Of a DNA stretch of 64,000 nt, positions 55,784 through 64,000 are shown piece by piece (the stretch's first letter is position 1; every line of letters starts with the position of its first letter). The notes under the pieces were generated by a model. It was not told the DNA's origin, made no database searches, and saw nothing but the letters and a program-made list of their open reading frames with translations. Origin of the DNA: an uncultured Bacillota bacterium (lineage in GTDB: Bacteria > Bacillota > Clostridia > Christensenellales > UBA1242); the NCBI GenBank assembly GCA_948465545.1, contig CAOJXO010000001.1, positions 188,450-252,449 of the forward strand, in the 5' to 3' direction. A program made the translations under genes and the position numbers.

Positions 55784-58700
55784 ATGAAAAAGAAAGTGTT
55801 GAAATCTATTTATTGCATGGCGATAATACTCTTAACATTAGGTACGCTATCTTTTGTGCCAATGTTTAAATCGAACAACGCGTCGGCGGTAGGGGTGGCA
55901 GAGGAAACTGACACCTCAAATGCGTTTAATAATAGCGAGGCGACTTCAGTTGAAGAAAATCAAACTGAAAGTTCTTTAGCATCAAAAAGTGCTAGAGCGG
56001 TTGGCGGTACTTGGAATAGTCAATTTGGTACTATGACAGAGATGGAAGTGGAGGAGTTGGCTGCAAGTGTAGAAAATTCTACGGTGACTCGTCCAGATGG
56101 TACATATCACTTGATTGCAAATGTTGACGACCTTGCAATGGTTTCATATCAAATCCTTACTGGCAATACCACTTGGGCTGGTTACAAGTATGAACTTACT
56201 GCAGATATTAATCTTTCTGGTGCATTATGGACTCCTATCGGTACAGCATCAAATCCTTTCAAAGGTACTTTTTATGGTGGCAATCACACAATATCAAATA
56301 TTTCAGTAGCAACAATTTCAACTCCTACTGAAGGATACGCTGGACTCTTTGGTTACACAAAGGGTGCTTCTGCATCAAACCCTGCGTTCATCTCAAATAT
56401 AATAATCAACGGCATGAAATTTTCAGACTCTACAAGCACAACTAATGCTGGCGGACTTATTGGTCGTGCTGGAAGTTACACTGTAGTTTCAAATGCTTAC
56501 ATGCTGACGGGCTCTGATATCACAAATGGTATCGGTACTGCTGTAGACAGTACAGTGCATGTATATCGTGGCGGTTCTAGAGATGGATTAACAGCACATT
56601 ATACAACTACAACAGCCATTCAAAATGCTTTTCCTGTAGGATTTGGTTCTCCGACATATGGATACGCTGTTACATATGTTAAAAATGACGGAGCGATAGT
56701 AAAATACTCAAGCAGAACTTCTTGGGACGGTGCACAATATTCTTATCCTGTGTATGGCAGCAACATAACAACTGCTGGTACAGTGCAAGACTCTTTTGGT
56801 TTTTATGGTGCTATGCCAACCACAAGAGCAGCCGCTATGGCAAATCAATCTGGCAACTTTGCAATTAAGCAGGGATATCAGCATACATTTAGAGCAGGTT
56901 CTACCACAATTACAGGTTTAACAGGTGTTTCTACACTTGCAAGTGCGGGTATGCTTGTAAATCTTTCTTGGGTGACTAAGAATTATAATGTTACAATCCA
57001 TTATGGATATGACAAGAATGACGGAACTGAAAGAACGGAGGTTAGATCAGTAGCAAATGATGCACTTTGGACTTCTGCTATAACAGATGCTTCTTTAACT
57101 AGAGTGGGCTATACTCTTGCTGGAAAATATTTTAATGCAGATAAGTTGACAAATCCTATGGATGGCGGTGCAGGACGTTGCTATGTAGGTGACGCTGCAG
57201 GGCTTAGTGATGGTGCTTATTCATTATATACAACATGGACTGCTAAAACAGGGCTTGCTTATAATGTAGATTTAACAAATGTTGCAAGTGATACTGGGCT
57301 TGATACTACAAAAGCGGTAAGCAATTTTGCAATCAAGGAAGGCTCTACTAATGCGACACTCACAACTGGCACTACCTATGATTATGATATGACAGGGCAT
57401 ACTGCATCAAATACGATAACAATCACCTTTAAGTTAAACTGGGGTTATGTATTTAATGTTGGCACTGATTATACTATAAATTCTACAAAGCCTACCATGG
57501 AGACCGCTGGCGTTTATATGGTTTTTGGCTCTGGTAATTATGATACCTATGCAAAAACAACTTATAACACAACAAAAGATGCAAACAACAATTATACAAT
57601 CACAATTACAAACCTTGTTGGTAGCGGACAAATTTATCTTGCTTTTGACCGTGCAGAACAAAGTGTTACTTTAGACGGTAAGAATGTAAACTGGTCATTG
57701 TCTGGAAACACAAGCAAAACTTCAATTTCAGACTCTATTTTAAAAACACGCGTTGATGAGGCTTTTGAAATCACTGCAACCTCAACCGATCCTGAGAACT
57801 TCTTTATTACCACTTATGAAACAAGCGGTATCATCAACTCAAACGGCTCAAGTTTAGGGGCACAAGGTAGTGATGAACTGTTTAATCACTATACTAAATA
57901 TAAGTGGACTGTAACAGCATTTAACTCAAATATGTCTGGTAGTGAAACTATGTATATCAAGGCATATGCTGGAACACTTGAAGTAAACATTAATGTTGCT
58001 ATCATACATAATCCAGACGATTATAATGGTTTTAGTGCTGAAGATATTCACACCTCTGCTGGTGCAACTGTAGTTGGTTATAACAATACAACAAACAGTA
58101 CAACCCCTGCTACATATAGGGCAAGCCTTAAAAATGGTGCTGTGGAAGTATTCATGTTTAGCAATGCTTACTATAGATATTCAGGACTTACTGGAACTTC
58201 TACAAACGCAAGTGAAACCGTAGTATTTACTGATATTACAGAGGAAAATCAGGCAAATGGTTATGTTAAACATAAGGCGTCTTTTAGCCCTGTAATTAAT
58301 GATAATGAAGGTACTCCTACTTATACAATCACCTTTACTGCTGTTCCTCAAGAATACTCACTTGAATCAGAGATATATATAGATGGAAGTCTTGTTGTTG
58401 ATAAGACTACTCTTGATGGATATTTCTCAGATTACAAGTCTGGAGAAATATTTACTCGTCAACCTGGCACTGGCTTAACAGGGATCGCTTATACTTTAAG
58501 TGAACTTGGTGGTAAGGTGTTGGTATTTGATGAAGATGCAAGCGGTGTGTTTGCAAAAGACGAAACACAGCCTGGCGTTCCAGGAACATTAGAGGGTACT
58601 ACCTTTACTTATGGTACAACTAACACCGTAATTAGAATGTATTATAACTCTAAAAAAGCAACAATCAACCTTAGTGCTACTGCTTATATTGATGGTGTAA

Positions 58701-61700
58701 ATGGCACTTCTTCAGACCTTGAATGGGCTGGACTTATCAACGATTTCTTAACTGAAGCTGGCGCTGGTATTACTTCTCTTACTGGCAAGATAAATTCTGA
58801 CGGCACAGCTGTAGAATTTTCTGCTGAAATTGGAAATGTAAATATTGTAAACGGATACTATTTCTTAGGTTGGTATCTTAAGAATGGTGATGTTATCACA
58901 AAATTGACTTCTAATAAGGATATGTCATTATCAGGTGTTACTGCAGGCTCTCTTCTTGAACTTTTGCAGAACGCAAAAGAGGTTAACTCCACCGTACAAC
59001 TTGGTGCAATAATCAAACAAAAGGTTGTTAATTTAAGTTTTGTTGAAGGTGAAGATCCTGACGAGTTAATTTCATATAAGAATGACGACCATAAAACTGA
59101 TGACGGAAGCAAGGTAATCGAACTTGAATATACATATTTCCACAATCAAGAAATCTTTACAACAGATACAGGTGTTTATGGAAATAAAACTGCATTCAGT
59201 TTTAAAGCAAATGACTTAGATCAACTTTTCAAGAAGGTTGCTGCTGGCAAACTTACTGGATATAAAGTTGTTCATAATGATGAAACAACATATTTTAACG
59301 ATGTAAACAACAATAACTTTACAACAACAAACTTTGAAGTTGTTTATGGCAGTGCAGAAAGTGTTACACTTATCTTCAATCCTATCTTCGCTGACCTTTT
59401 AAGTTATGAAATTACTATTGGAAATAATGTAAATGGTGATACTTCTTCTATCAATATTAGTCTTGGTGACACTATTGTAATGAGTAGTGCAACAAACAAC
59501 GGCTCTGTTACTTATCAAGTGGTAAGAGGGGGAGAGGTTGTAAGCGAGATTACAACAAATCCTATTGTTGGATACTCTGCTGTTGATAGTAAGTTATTCA
59601 CTTTTGCTGGTAACTTAAACAAAACAGATAAGGTTACATCATTCACTTTAAGTGAAGATGTAATCAAAAGGTATCTTCCTAACACAGAAACAGATTTCTA
59701 TGTAGGTGGAACAAATCCTTTCACTATTGAAACTCAACTTGAGGCTATTTCTTATAAGATATACCTCCAATTAAACTCAACTTATGAAACCTTAACTTCT
59801 ACAGTACTTACTGAAGAAGATGGAAGAATTTATGTTGAGGCTACTTATGATAAGATTATGACAAACTTACAAAATGTTGATGTTGTAAGATCTGGTTATA
59901 AACTTAGCAAATGGATTAATGCTTCAAATTCTGATACCGTTCTTGAAAAGAATGAGGGCGTGTGGAAAGATACTATTTATAAATATGACGACAATATTAC
60001 AGTGCGTCCTGTTTGGACTGCTGATACCGAGGATTACTATATTAATATAGATTCAATAGTAGGCGGTGAGGTTTACTACAACGGACAGGCACAAGAGGTG
60101 GCTTCTGTAACTTTATCAACTGATAAAGACGGCGAAATTGCTGCAACTAGAGCAACCCTTGGAAATGGTGATGTTATCACTTCTCAATATTGGGCTAAGA
60201 AGGGTGATGAAGATAATTCAGTTCAATCAAGCCTTAAACTTTCCCTTACAAATGTTGCAGAAAGTGGTGAGTATGTATATGTTATCAACGTTCAATCTAC
60301 AACTGGATTAAACGCTGCCCCATATAGAATCGTATCTGACCCAGTTACTGTTAATATCAAGAAAAATGCAATCACCGTTTCTGATGCAAACGTAAAAGGA
60401 TACTACACTGGTACAGGCGATTATATCGCAACTTCAGAATCTAACGAAGGTACTATAACTTTCACTTATAAGAACTCTGAGGCAGATGGCGAAATTGCTG
60501 AAAATATCCTTTATGTATCTGGTTATGAGTTTGTTGCAATCAACAATGCTTATAACGCTCAAAGTGGATATGCTGTAAGATATTATATTGAATTTAATGG
60601 CAATGAAGGCAACTTTGAAGGATATACAGTTGATGAAAGCGGAGCAAAATATATATTAGTTGCAAATGTCGGCGAAATTGTTAAAACAACAATTACCTTC
60701 ACTGTATCTGGCAAAGGATTATATGTTGATGGCATGAAACATGAGGTGTCTTATGTTCCTACAAATGCAAACATTGACCTTGCTAAATATGGAATCGTTG
60801 CAAGTGCAAACATTATGACAAAAGATTCTGCTCTCGGAAGTTACACTGATGATACAGGCTTTACTGTTAGCGACTTTAGTGTACTTGTTAATGACGCTCC
60901 TGCAACTGCAAACTTTGATTACAATATTAGTGGTACATATGTAATCGAAAGGGCTTCAAGCATTTACAATTATACCATTGAATATTTAACTGCTTCGGAA
61001 GGTTCAATCAACGGGCTTCTTACTTCTTACACTGATGCAACATATGTACTTAATGTTACTGCAATTACCGTTGGTGGAACTCCAATAACAGGTTTTGCGA
61101 ACAAATCATTCTTCTCTTACTCACAAGACGGAAACGTTGTTCTCACTATCTTTGGTAATGGTGGTGGCGAACTAAATATTGCTGTAAACTCAACATATAG
61201 TGTTGGCGTTACAGTACAAGCAACCGCTAAAACTGCAAATGATAATCTTGTATTCTTAGGCTACTATGCAGGAAGTCAAAATTATCAAACTTTAATGGAT
61301 GAATTTACAAATCCTGCAAGCACCTCTACTGTAATCAATAGAGTTGAGGGCGAGCAAAATGTGTTCGCAGTATTTACTGACGTTAAGTCGGTTACTCTTG
61401 ACAAAGGCAATACTAGTGAAACAATTTATATCTCTGCTGGTGAGGCTGGATTTAATGTTGCAAACCCTTCTCGTGACGGACTTACTTTCAACGGCTGGGA
61501 TTTTGAAGACGGTTCTGTTACTCCAGTTGCTGGCGAAGAGAAATATAAGTTTGTTGTTAACGCGGGCTCTACTCCTGCAACAGCAACAGCGAAATGGGTA
61601 TTACAAGACCCTGCAACCGATAAGACTGGCGAAACAATCACTAAGACTGCAAGCGAAACTGGTGACTCTATCACTCTTACAGAGGTAATCGGTTCTATAA

Positions 61701-64000
61701 CAAATCTTAACAGCACTTCTATTGAATATACTTACACTTGGAAGAAAAATGGTACAGCAATTACTGGATTTGAAAACTCTCAAAGTTTGGTATTTGATAG
61801 ATTGACTACTAACGACGCATCTGACAATGGAAATGTATATACTCTTGAAATCACTGCTACATTTGGGGAACAAACAACTGTAACTACAGTACCTTTCACT
61901 TTGGTTGTTAACAAGGTTAGAATCACATCTTATGTTCTTTCAGCAACAACAAGTGTTTACAACAATTCAAACTACGCTTCTTCTGTAAGTGCAGTATTGA
62001 ATGTTGGTGGCTCTCATAAAGAGTTTGTATTATCAACAAGCCTTAATAATAGTGCGGCAATTTACTTTACTATTAACAATGGTGAAGATAGCGTTACTTC
62101 TATGAAAGATGTTGGTGCATACTCAGTTACACTCAATATAGATTCAACTATTTATGAACTTGCTTCAGATTTAACAGTATCAAGAACTTTTGATATTACA
62201 AAAGCATCTTACACACTTAAAGATTTTGTTCTTTCTAAAAACTTTGGTGCAAAGACTCCTGCTTTTGAAACTACTGTAAATGTTAATGGTGAAAACATTA
62301 CAATCTACTTTAATGAAATCACAACCGAGGCTGTTGGCGAATATCCATTAAGCCTTAAGAGTGAATTAAAGAACTATAATGTTGTTCTTGAAAATTGTGT
62401 TTACAAGATTGTAAAACTTGCAACAAATCTTCGTGTTTCACTTAATGACACTTTCTCAATGGTTTACAATGGAAGAACTGTAACTGTAATTGATAAAGAG
62501 TTTGCAGATGGACAATGGGTTCTTATTGCAAAAGATGCTGTTGGTGAACTCGCAAGAATAAACATTACTCTCTATTATGAAAATGATAATGGACAAAATG
62601 TTGAGGTTACTACAAACCTTTCTTCAGCACTTGACGGATTTACATTCTCTCTTACTGGTGTAGCTAAGAATGTTGGAAATTATCCAATCGCTATAACAGG
62701 AACTTCTGCAACCTATGGTGGAATTGAACTTTATGGTGCAGACAATCTTAAAAACTTTGCAATCACTCAAGCAACTATTGATGTTACTGCAGTTGAAAAG
62801 ATGTTTGATGAAACTGCAAACTTCACATGGTCTTCTACCCAAACTTCTGGACTTACAAACATTACTGCTACAGGAATTGCAACAGGCGACTCTGTTACAA
62901 TCAGCGGTTCTTTAGGTGGCGACAATGGCGGAATTAAAGTGGGTACTCAAAACATCGTTTCATTGACACTCACTGATGAGTCAGGTAACTATCGCCTTGC
63001 AACTGAAGTTACTGCAAAGACTGCTACTGTTGTTGCTTCTGATGCAACTATTGCTATCAGCGGTACAAACAAGGCTTTCGATTATGGTACAATTAATGAA
63101 ACTACAGCACAAGATGTAGATTTCATTTCTGGCTTAATTAAACTTGCACTTACTGCAAACGGAAATGAATCAAATGCTCTTACACTTGGATATGTTACTA
63201 TCGCATCTGTTTCAATTGGAACAAGTGATGACTATTCAACTGGAAGATATTTGAATAAAGGTAAATATACTGTTACATTAACTTTAAGTTCAGATAACTA
63301 CACTGGTGCAAATGGTGAATTTACTAACATTGAAATTGAGATTAATGCAATCGGTATCAACCTTACTTCAACTACTATAACAAAAGAGTATGATGGTACA
63401 ACTGATATTGTTGGTGCAGACTGGATTAAAACTGGTATGCTTGCTGGTGACGATGTAAAAGTTGCTGGTTCTTACACAAGTGCAAACATCGGCACTGGAA
63501 TTGCCCTTGACCTTGAACTTACTGGCGACGATGCAGAGAACTATACAATTTCTGCTCAGCCTACAGGTTCAATTACTTCAACTGCAATCAACTTTACTGC
63601 AAACTTAAATACTGTGAACGGTGGATTTGTTGACGGCGAAGTACTTTCTCCTGCAACAAAAGAGTTCTCTATTACTTACAATGGTGATAAAGATTTATTC
63701 CTTTCTACTCTTGCTCAAAGATATGCAGAGAAAACTGGATACGCTCAAATTGCTTGGACTTATGGTGACAACATCACTGTAAATTCAGACAACTTTAATA
63801 CTTTCCTTGCTGCTGCCCTTGCTGCAAATGCAAGCGAAGCAAATGCCCTTACACTTAACGCTGTTTGGGATAGAAAGACAATTACAATTAATATTGTTGC
63901 TCCTAACGCTACTGTTAAGGTTGGCGGAAGTGCAGTAACAAGTGTAGATGTTAGATACTATGATAATCTCACCCTTGAAATTCAAGGAAACGAAGGATAC
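55784..64000 (+). CDS. Giant secreted surface protein (first 2739 codons; continues beyond the window): N-terminal GLUG-type module, then Listeria-Bacteroides-type and MBG-type repeats
   Basis: Hand-translated frame from ATG 55784 (AAGGAG upstream) is open to the window end. Signal peptide ends ...SNNASA. YELTADINLSGALWTPIGTASNPFKGTFYGGNHTISNISV...GLFGYT...AGGLIGRAG. GYYFLGWY, GYKLSKWI...VRPVWTA, GLTFNGWDF...ATAKW. ITKEYDGTTDIVG...GDDAENYTI. Confidence 0.85.
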   Translation, partial: MKKKVLKSIYCMAIILLTLGTLSFVPMFKSNNASAVGVAEETDTSNAFNNSEATSVEENQTESSLASKSARAVGGTWNSQFGTMTEMEVEELAASVENSTVTRPDGTYHLIANVDDLAMVSYQILTGNTTWAGYKYELTADINLSGALWTPIGTASNPFKGTFYGGNHTISNISVATISTPTEGYAGLFGYTKGASASNPAFISNIIINGMKFSDSTSTTNAGGLIGRAGSYTVVSNAYMLTGSDITNGIGTAVDSTVHVYRGGSRDGLTAHYTTTTAIQNAFPVGFGSPTYGYAVTYVKNDGAIVKYSSRTSWDGAQYSYPVYGSNITTAGTVQDSFGFYGAMPTTRAAAMANQSGNFAIKQGYQHTFRAGSTTITGLTGVSTLASAGMLVNLSWVTKNYNVTIHYGYDKNDGTERTEVRSVANDALWTSAITDASLTRVGYTLAGKYFNADKLTNPMDGGAGRCYVGDAAGLSDGAYSLYTTWTAKTGLAYNVDLTNVASDTGLDTTKAVSNFAIKEGSTNATLTTGTTYDYDMTGHTASNTITITFKLNWGYVFNVGTDYTINSTKPTMETAGVYMVFGSGNYDTYAKTTYNTTKDANNNYTITITNLVGSGQIYLAFDRAEQSVTLDGKNVNWSLSGNTSKTSISDSILKTRVDEAFEITATSTDPENFFITTYETSGIINSNGSSLGAQGSDELFNHYTKYKWTVTAFNSNMSGSETMYIKAYAGTLEVNINVAIIHNPDDYNGFSAEDIHTSAGATVVGYNNTTNSTTPATYRASLKNGAVEVFMFSNAYYRYSGLTGTSTNASETVVFTDITEENQANGYVKHKASFSPVINDNEGTPTYTITFTAVPQEYSLESEIYIDGSLVVDKTTLDGYFSDYKSGEIFTRQPGTGLTGIAYTLSELGGKVLVFDEDASGVFAKDETQPGVPGTLEGTTFTYGTTNTVIRMYYNSKKATINLSATAYIDGVNGTSSDLEWAGLINDFLTEAGAGITSLTGKINSDGTAVEFSAEIGNVNIVNGYYFLGWYLKNGDVITKLTSNKDMSLSGVTAGSLLELLQNAKEVNSTVQLGAIIKQKVVNLSFVEGEDPDELISYKNDDHKTDDGSKVIELEYTYFHNQEIFTTDTGVYGNKTAFSFKANDLDQLFKKVAAGKLTGYKVVHNDETTYFNDVNNNNFTTTNFEVVYGSAESVTLIFNPIFADLLSYEITIGNNVNGDTSSINISLGDTIVMSSATNNGSVTYQVVRGGEVVSEITTNPIVGYSAVDSKLFTFAGNLNKTDKVTSFTLSEDVIKRYLPNTETDFYVGGTNPFTIETQLEAISYKIYLQLNSTYETLTSTVLTEEDGRIYVEATYDKIMTNLQNVDVVRSGYKLSKWINASNSDTVLEKNEGVWKDTIYKYDDNITVRPVWTADTEDYYINIDSIVGGEVYYNGQAQEVASVTLSTDKDGEIAATRATLGNGDVITSQYWAKKGDEDNSVQSSLKLSLTNVAESGEYVYVINVQSTTGLNAAPYRIVSDPVTVNIKKNAITVSDANVKGYYTGTGDYIATSESNEGTITFTYKNSEADGEIAENILYVSGYEFVAINNAYNAQSGYAVRYYIEFNGNEGNFEGYTVDESGAKYILVANVGEIVKTTITFTVSGKGLYVDGMKHEVSYVPTNANIDLAKYGIVASANIMTKDSALGSYTDDTGFTVSDFSVLVNDAPATANFDYNISGTYVIERASSIYNYTIEYLTASEGSINGLLTSYTDATYVLNVTAITVGGTPITGFANKSFFSYSQDGNVVLTIFGNGGGELNIAVNSTYSVGVTVQATAKTANDNLVFLGYYAGSQNYQTLMDEFTNPASTSTVINRVEGEQNVFAVFTDVKSVTLDKGNTSETIYISAGEAGFNVANPSRDGLTFNGWDFEDGSVTPVAGEEKYKFVVNAGSTPATATAKWVLQDPATDKTGETITKTASETGDSITLTEVIGSITNLNSTSIEYTYTWKKNGTAITGFENSQSLVFDRLTTNDASDNGNVYTLEITATFGEQTTVTTVPFTLVVNKVRITSYVLSATTSVYNNSNYASSVSAVLNVGGSHKEFVLSTSLNNSAAIYFTINNGEDSVTSMKDVGAYSVTLNIDSTIYELASDLTVSRTFDITKASYTLKDFVLSKNFGAKTPAFETTVNVNGENITIYFNEITTEAVGEYPLSLKSELKNYNVVLENCVYKIVKLATNLRVSLNDTFSMVYNGRTVTVIDKEFADGQWVLIAKDAVGELARINITLYYENDNGQNVEVTTNLSSALDGFTFSLTGVAKNVGNYPIAITGTSATYGGIELYGADNLKNFAITQATIDVTAVEKMFDETANFTWSSTQTSGLTNITATGIATGDSVTISGSLGGDNGGIKVGTQNIVSLTLTDESGNYRLATEVTAKTATVVASDATIAISGTNKAFDYGTINETTAQDVDFISGLIKLALTANGNESNALTLGYVTIASVSIGTSDDYSTGRYLNKGKYTVTLTLSSDNYTGANGEFTNIEIEINAIGINLTSTTITKEYDGTTDIVGADWIKTGMLAGDDVKVAGSYTSANIGTGIALDLELTGDDAENYTISAQPTGSITSTAINFTANLNTVNGGFVDGEVLSPATKEFSITYNGDKDLFLSTLAQRYAEKTGYAQIAWTYGDNITVNSDNFNTFLAAALAANASEANALTLNAVWDRKTITINIVAPNATVKVGGSAVTSVDVRYYDNLTLEIQGNEGY

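Noticed and set aside
668-62915. Many 60-155-aa ORFs in the track that lie antisense to, or out of frame within, long well-supported genes. Examples: 668-952, 1754-2119, 2633-3025, 8743-9054, 14701-15048, 15547-15975, 26523-26924, 32750-33122, 48170-48637, 56115-56309, 61344-61716 and 62715-62915.
   Set aside because: They are fully embedded in genes with clear family motifs. They have no SD or promoter context and have low-complexity or odd composition. These are shadow ORFs expected in AT-rich DNA.
32598-64000. Recent tandem nucleotide repeats or a collapsed assembly inside the two giant genes
   Set aside because: Scanning by eye found only diverged amino-acid-level periodicity and no long exact DNA repeats. 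This cannot be excluded without a dot-plot, so it is listed as a check rather than a finding.

Overview
AT-rich (roughly one-third G+C by eye) chromosomal segment from a spore-forming low-GC Firmicute (Clostridia-like), centred on the replication origin. There is no rRNA, CRISPR array, transposase, integrase or recognisable defence system. The window splits into six parts.

(1) Left flank, 1-13.1 kb. Partial UgtP-like glycosyltransferase, DUF1846, a heterodimeric ABC exporter, a SIMPL protein, prs, a T-box-controlled aspS(archaeal type)-asnS bicistron, ytaF and recF.

(2) Origin core, 13.1-26.2 kb. dnaA, a DnaA-box-rich dnaA-dnaN spacer (oriC), dnaN and dut. These are followed by rpmH-rnpA-yidD-yidC-jag-mnmE-(dCMP deaminase)-mnmG-rsmG-parA-parB, which runs in the same direction as dnaA. 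Two perfect parS sites lie just after parB.

(3) Mixed stress and sporulation block, 26.2-32.4 kb. Rubrerythrin, an orphan Spo0A C-terminal-domain protein, tRNA-Ser, desulfoferrodoxin, DUF805, GNAT and spoIIP. Then tRNA-Asn preceded by a degenerate tRNA-Asn-like element, yabP-yabQ-divIC-like, and a RluA-family synthase.

(4) A 12-kb accessory module, 32.4-44.5 kb. It is dominated by a 3156-aa lipoprotein made of FN3/Ig-like modules with a C-terminal GLUG-type beta-helix. It also holds a doubly anchored lipoprotein, a small unknown protein and two paralogous double-HTH regulators.

(5) 44.5-55.4 kb. typA, dnaB and two envelope proteins of unknown function, gltX, an IMPase/serine-hydrolase fusion and an MGMT-domain protein. 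Also a 5'-truncated EFR1-type ferredoxin next to a GC-rich island and tRNA-Gly, then trpS.

(6) 55.8 kb to the window end. The first 2739 codons of a second giant secreted protein: an N-terminal GLUG-type module followed by Listeria-Bacteroides-type and MBG-type repeats.

The best candidates for something undescribed are the two giant surface-protein loci (especially the 32.4-44.5 kb module), the orphan Spo0A effector domain, the flipped dnaA-oriC-dnaN core, and the two odd RNA-like elements next to tRNA-Asn and tRNA-Gly. All calls rest on manual motif reading. No database search was possible.
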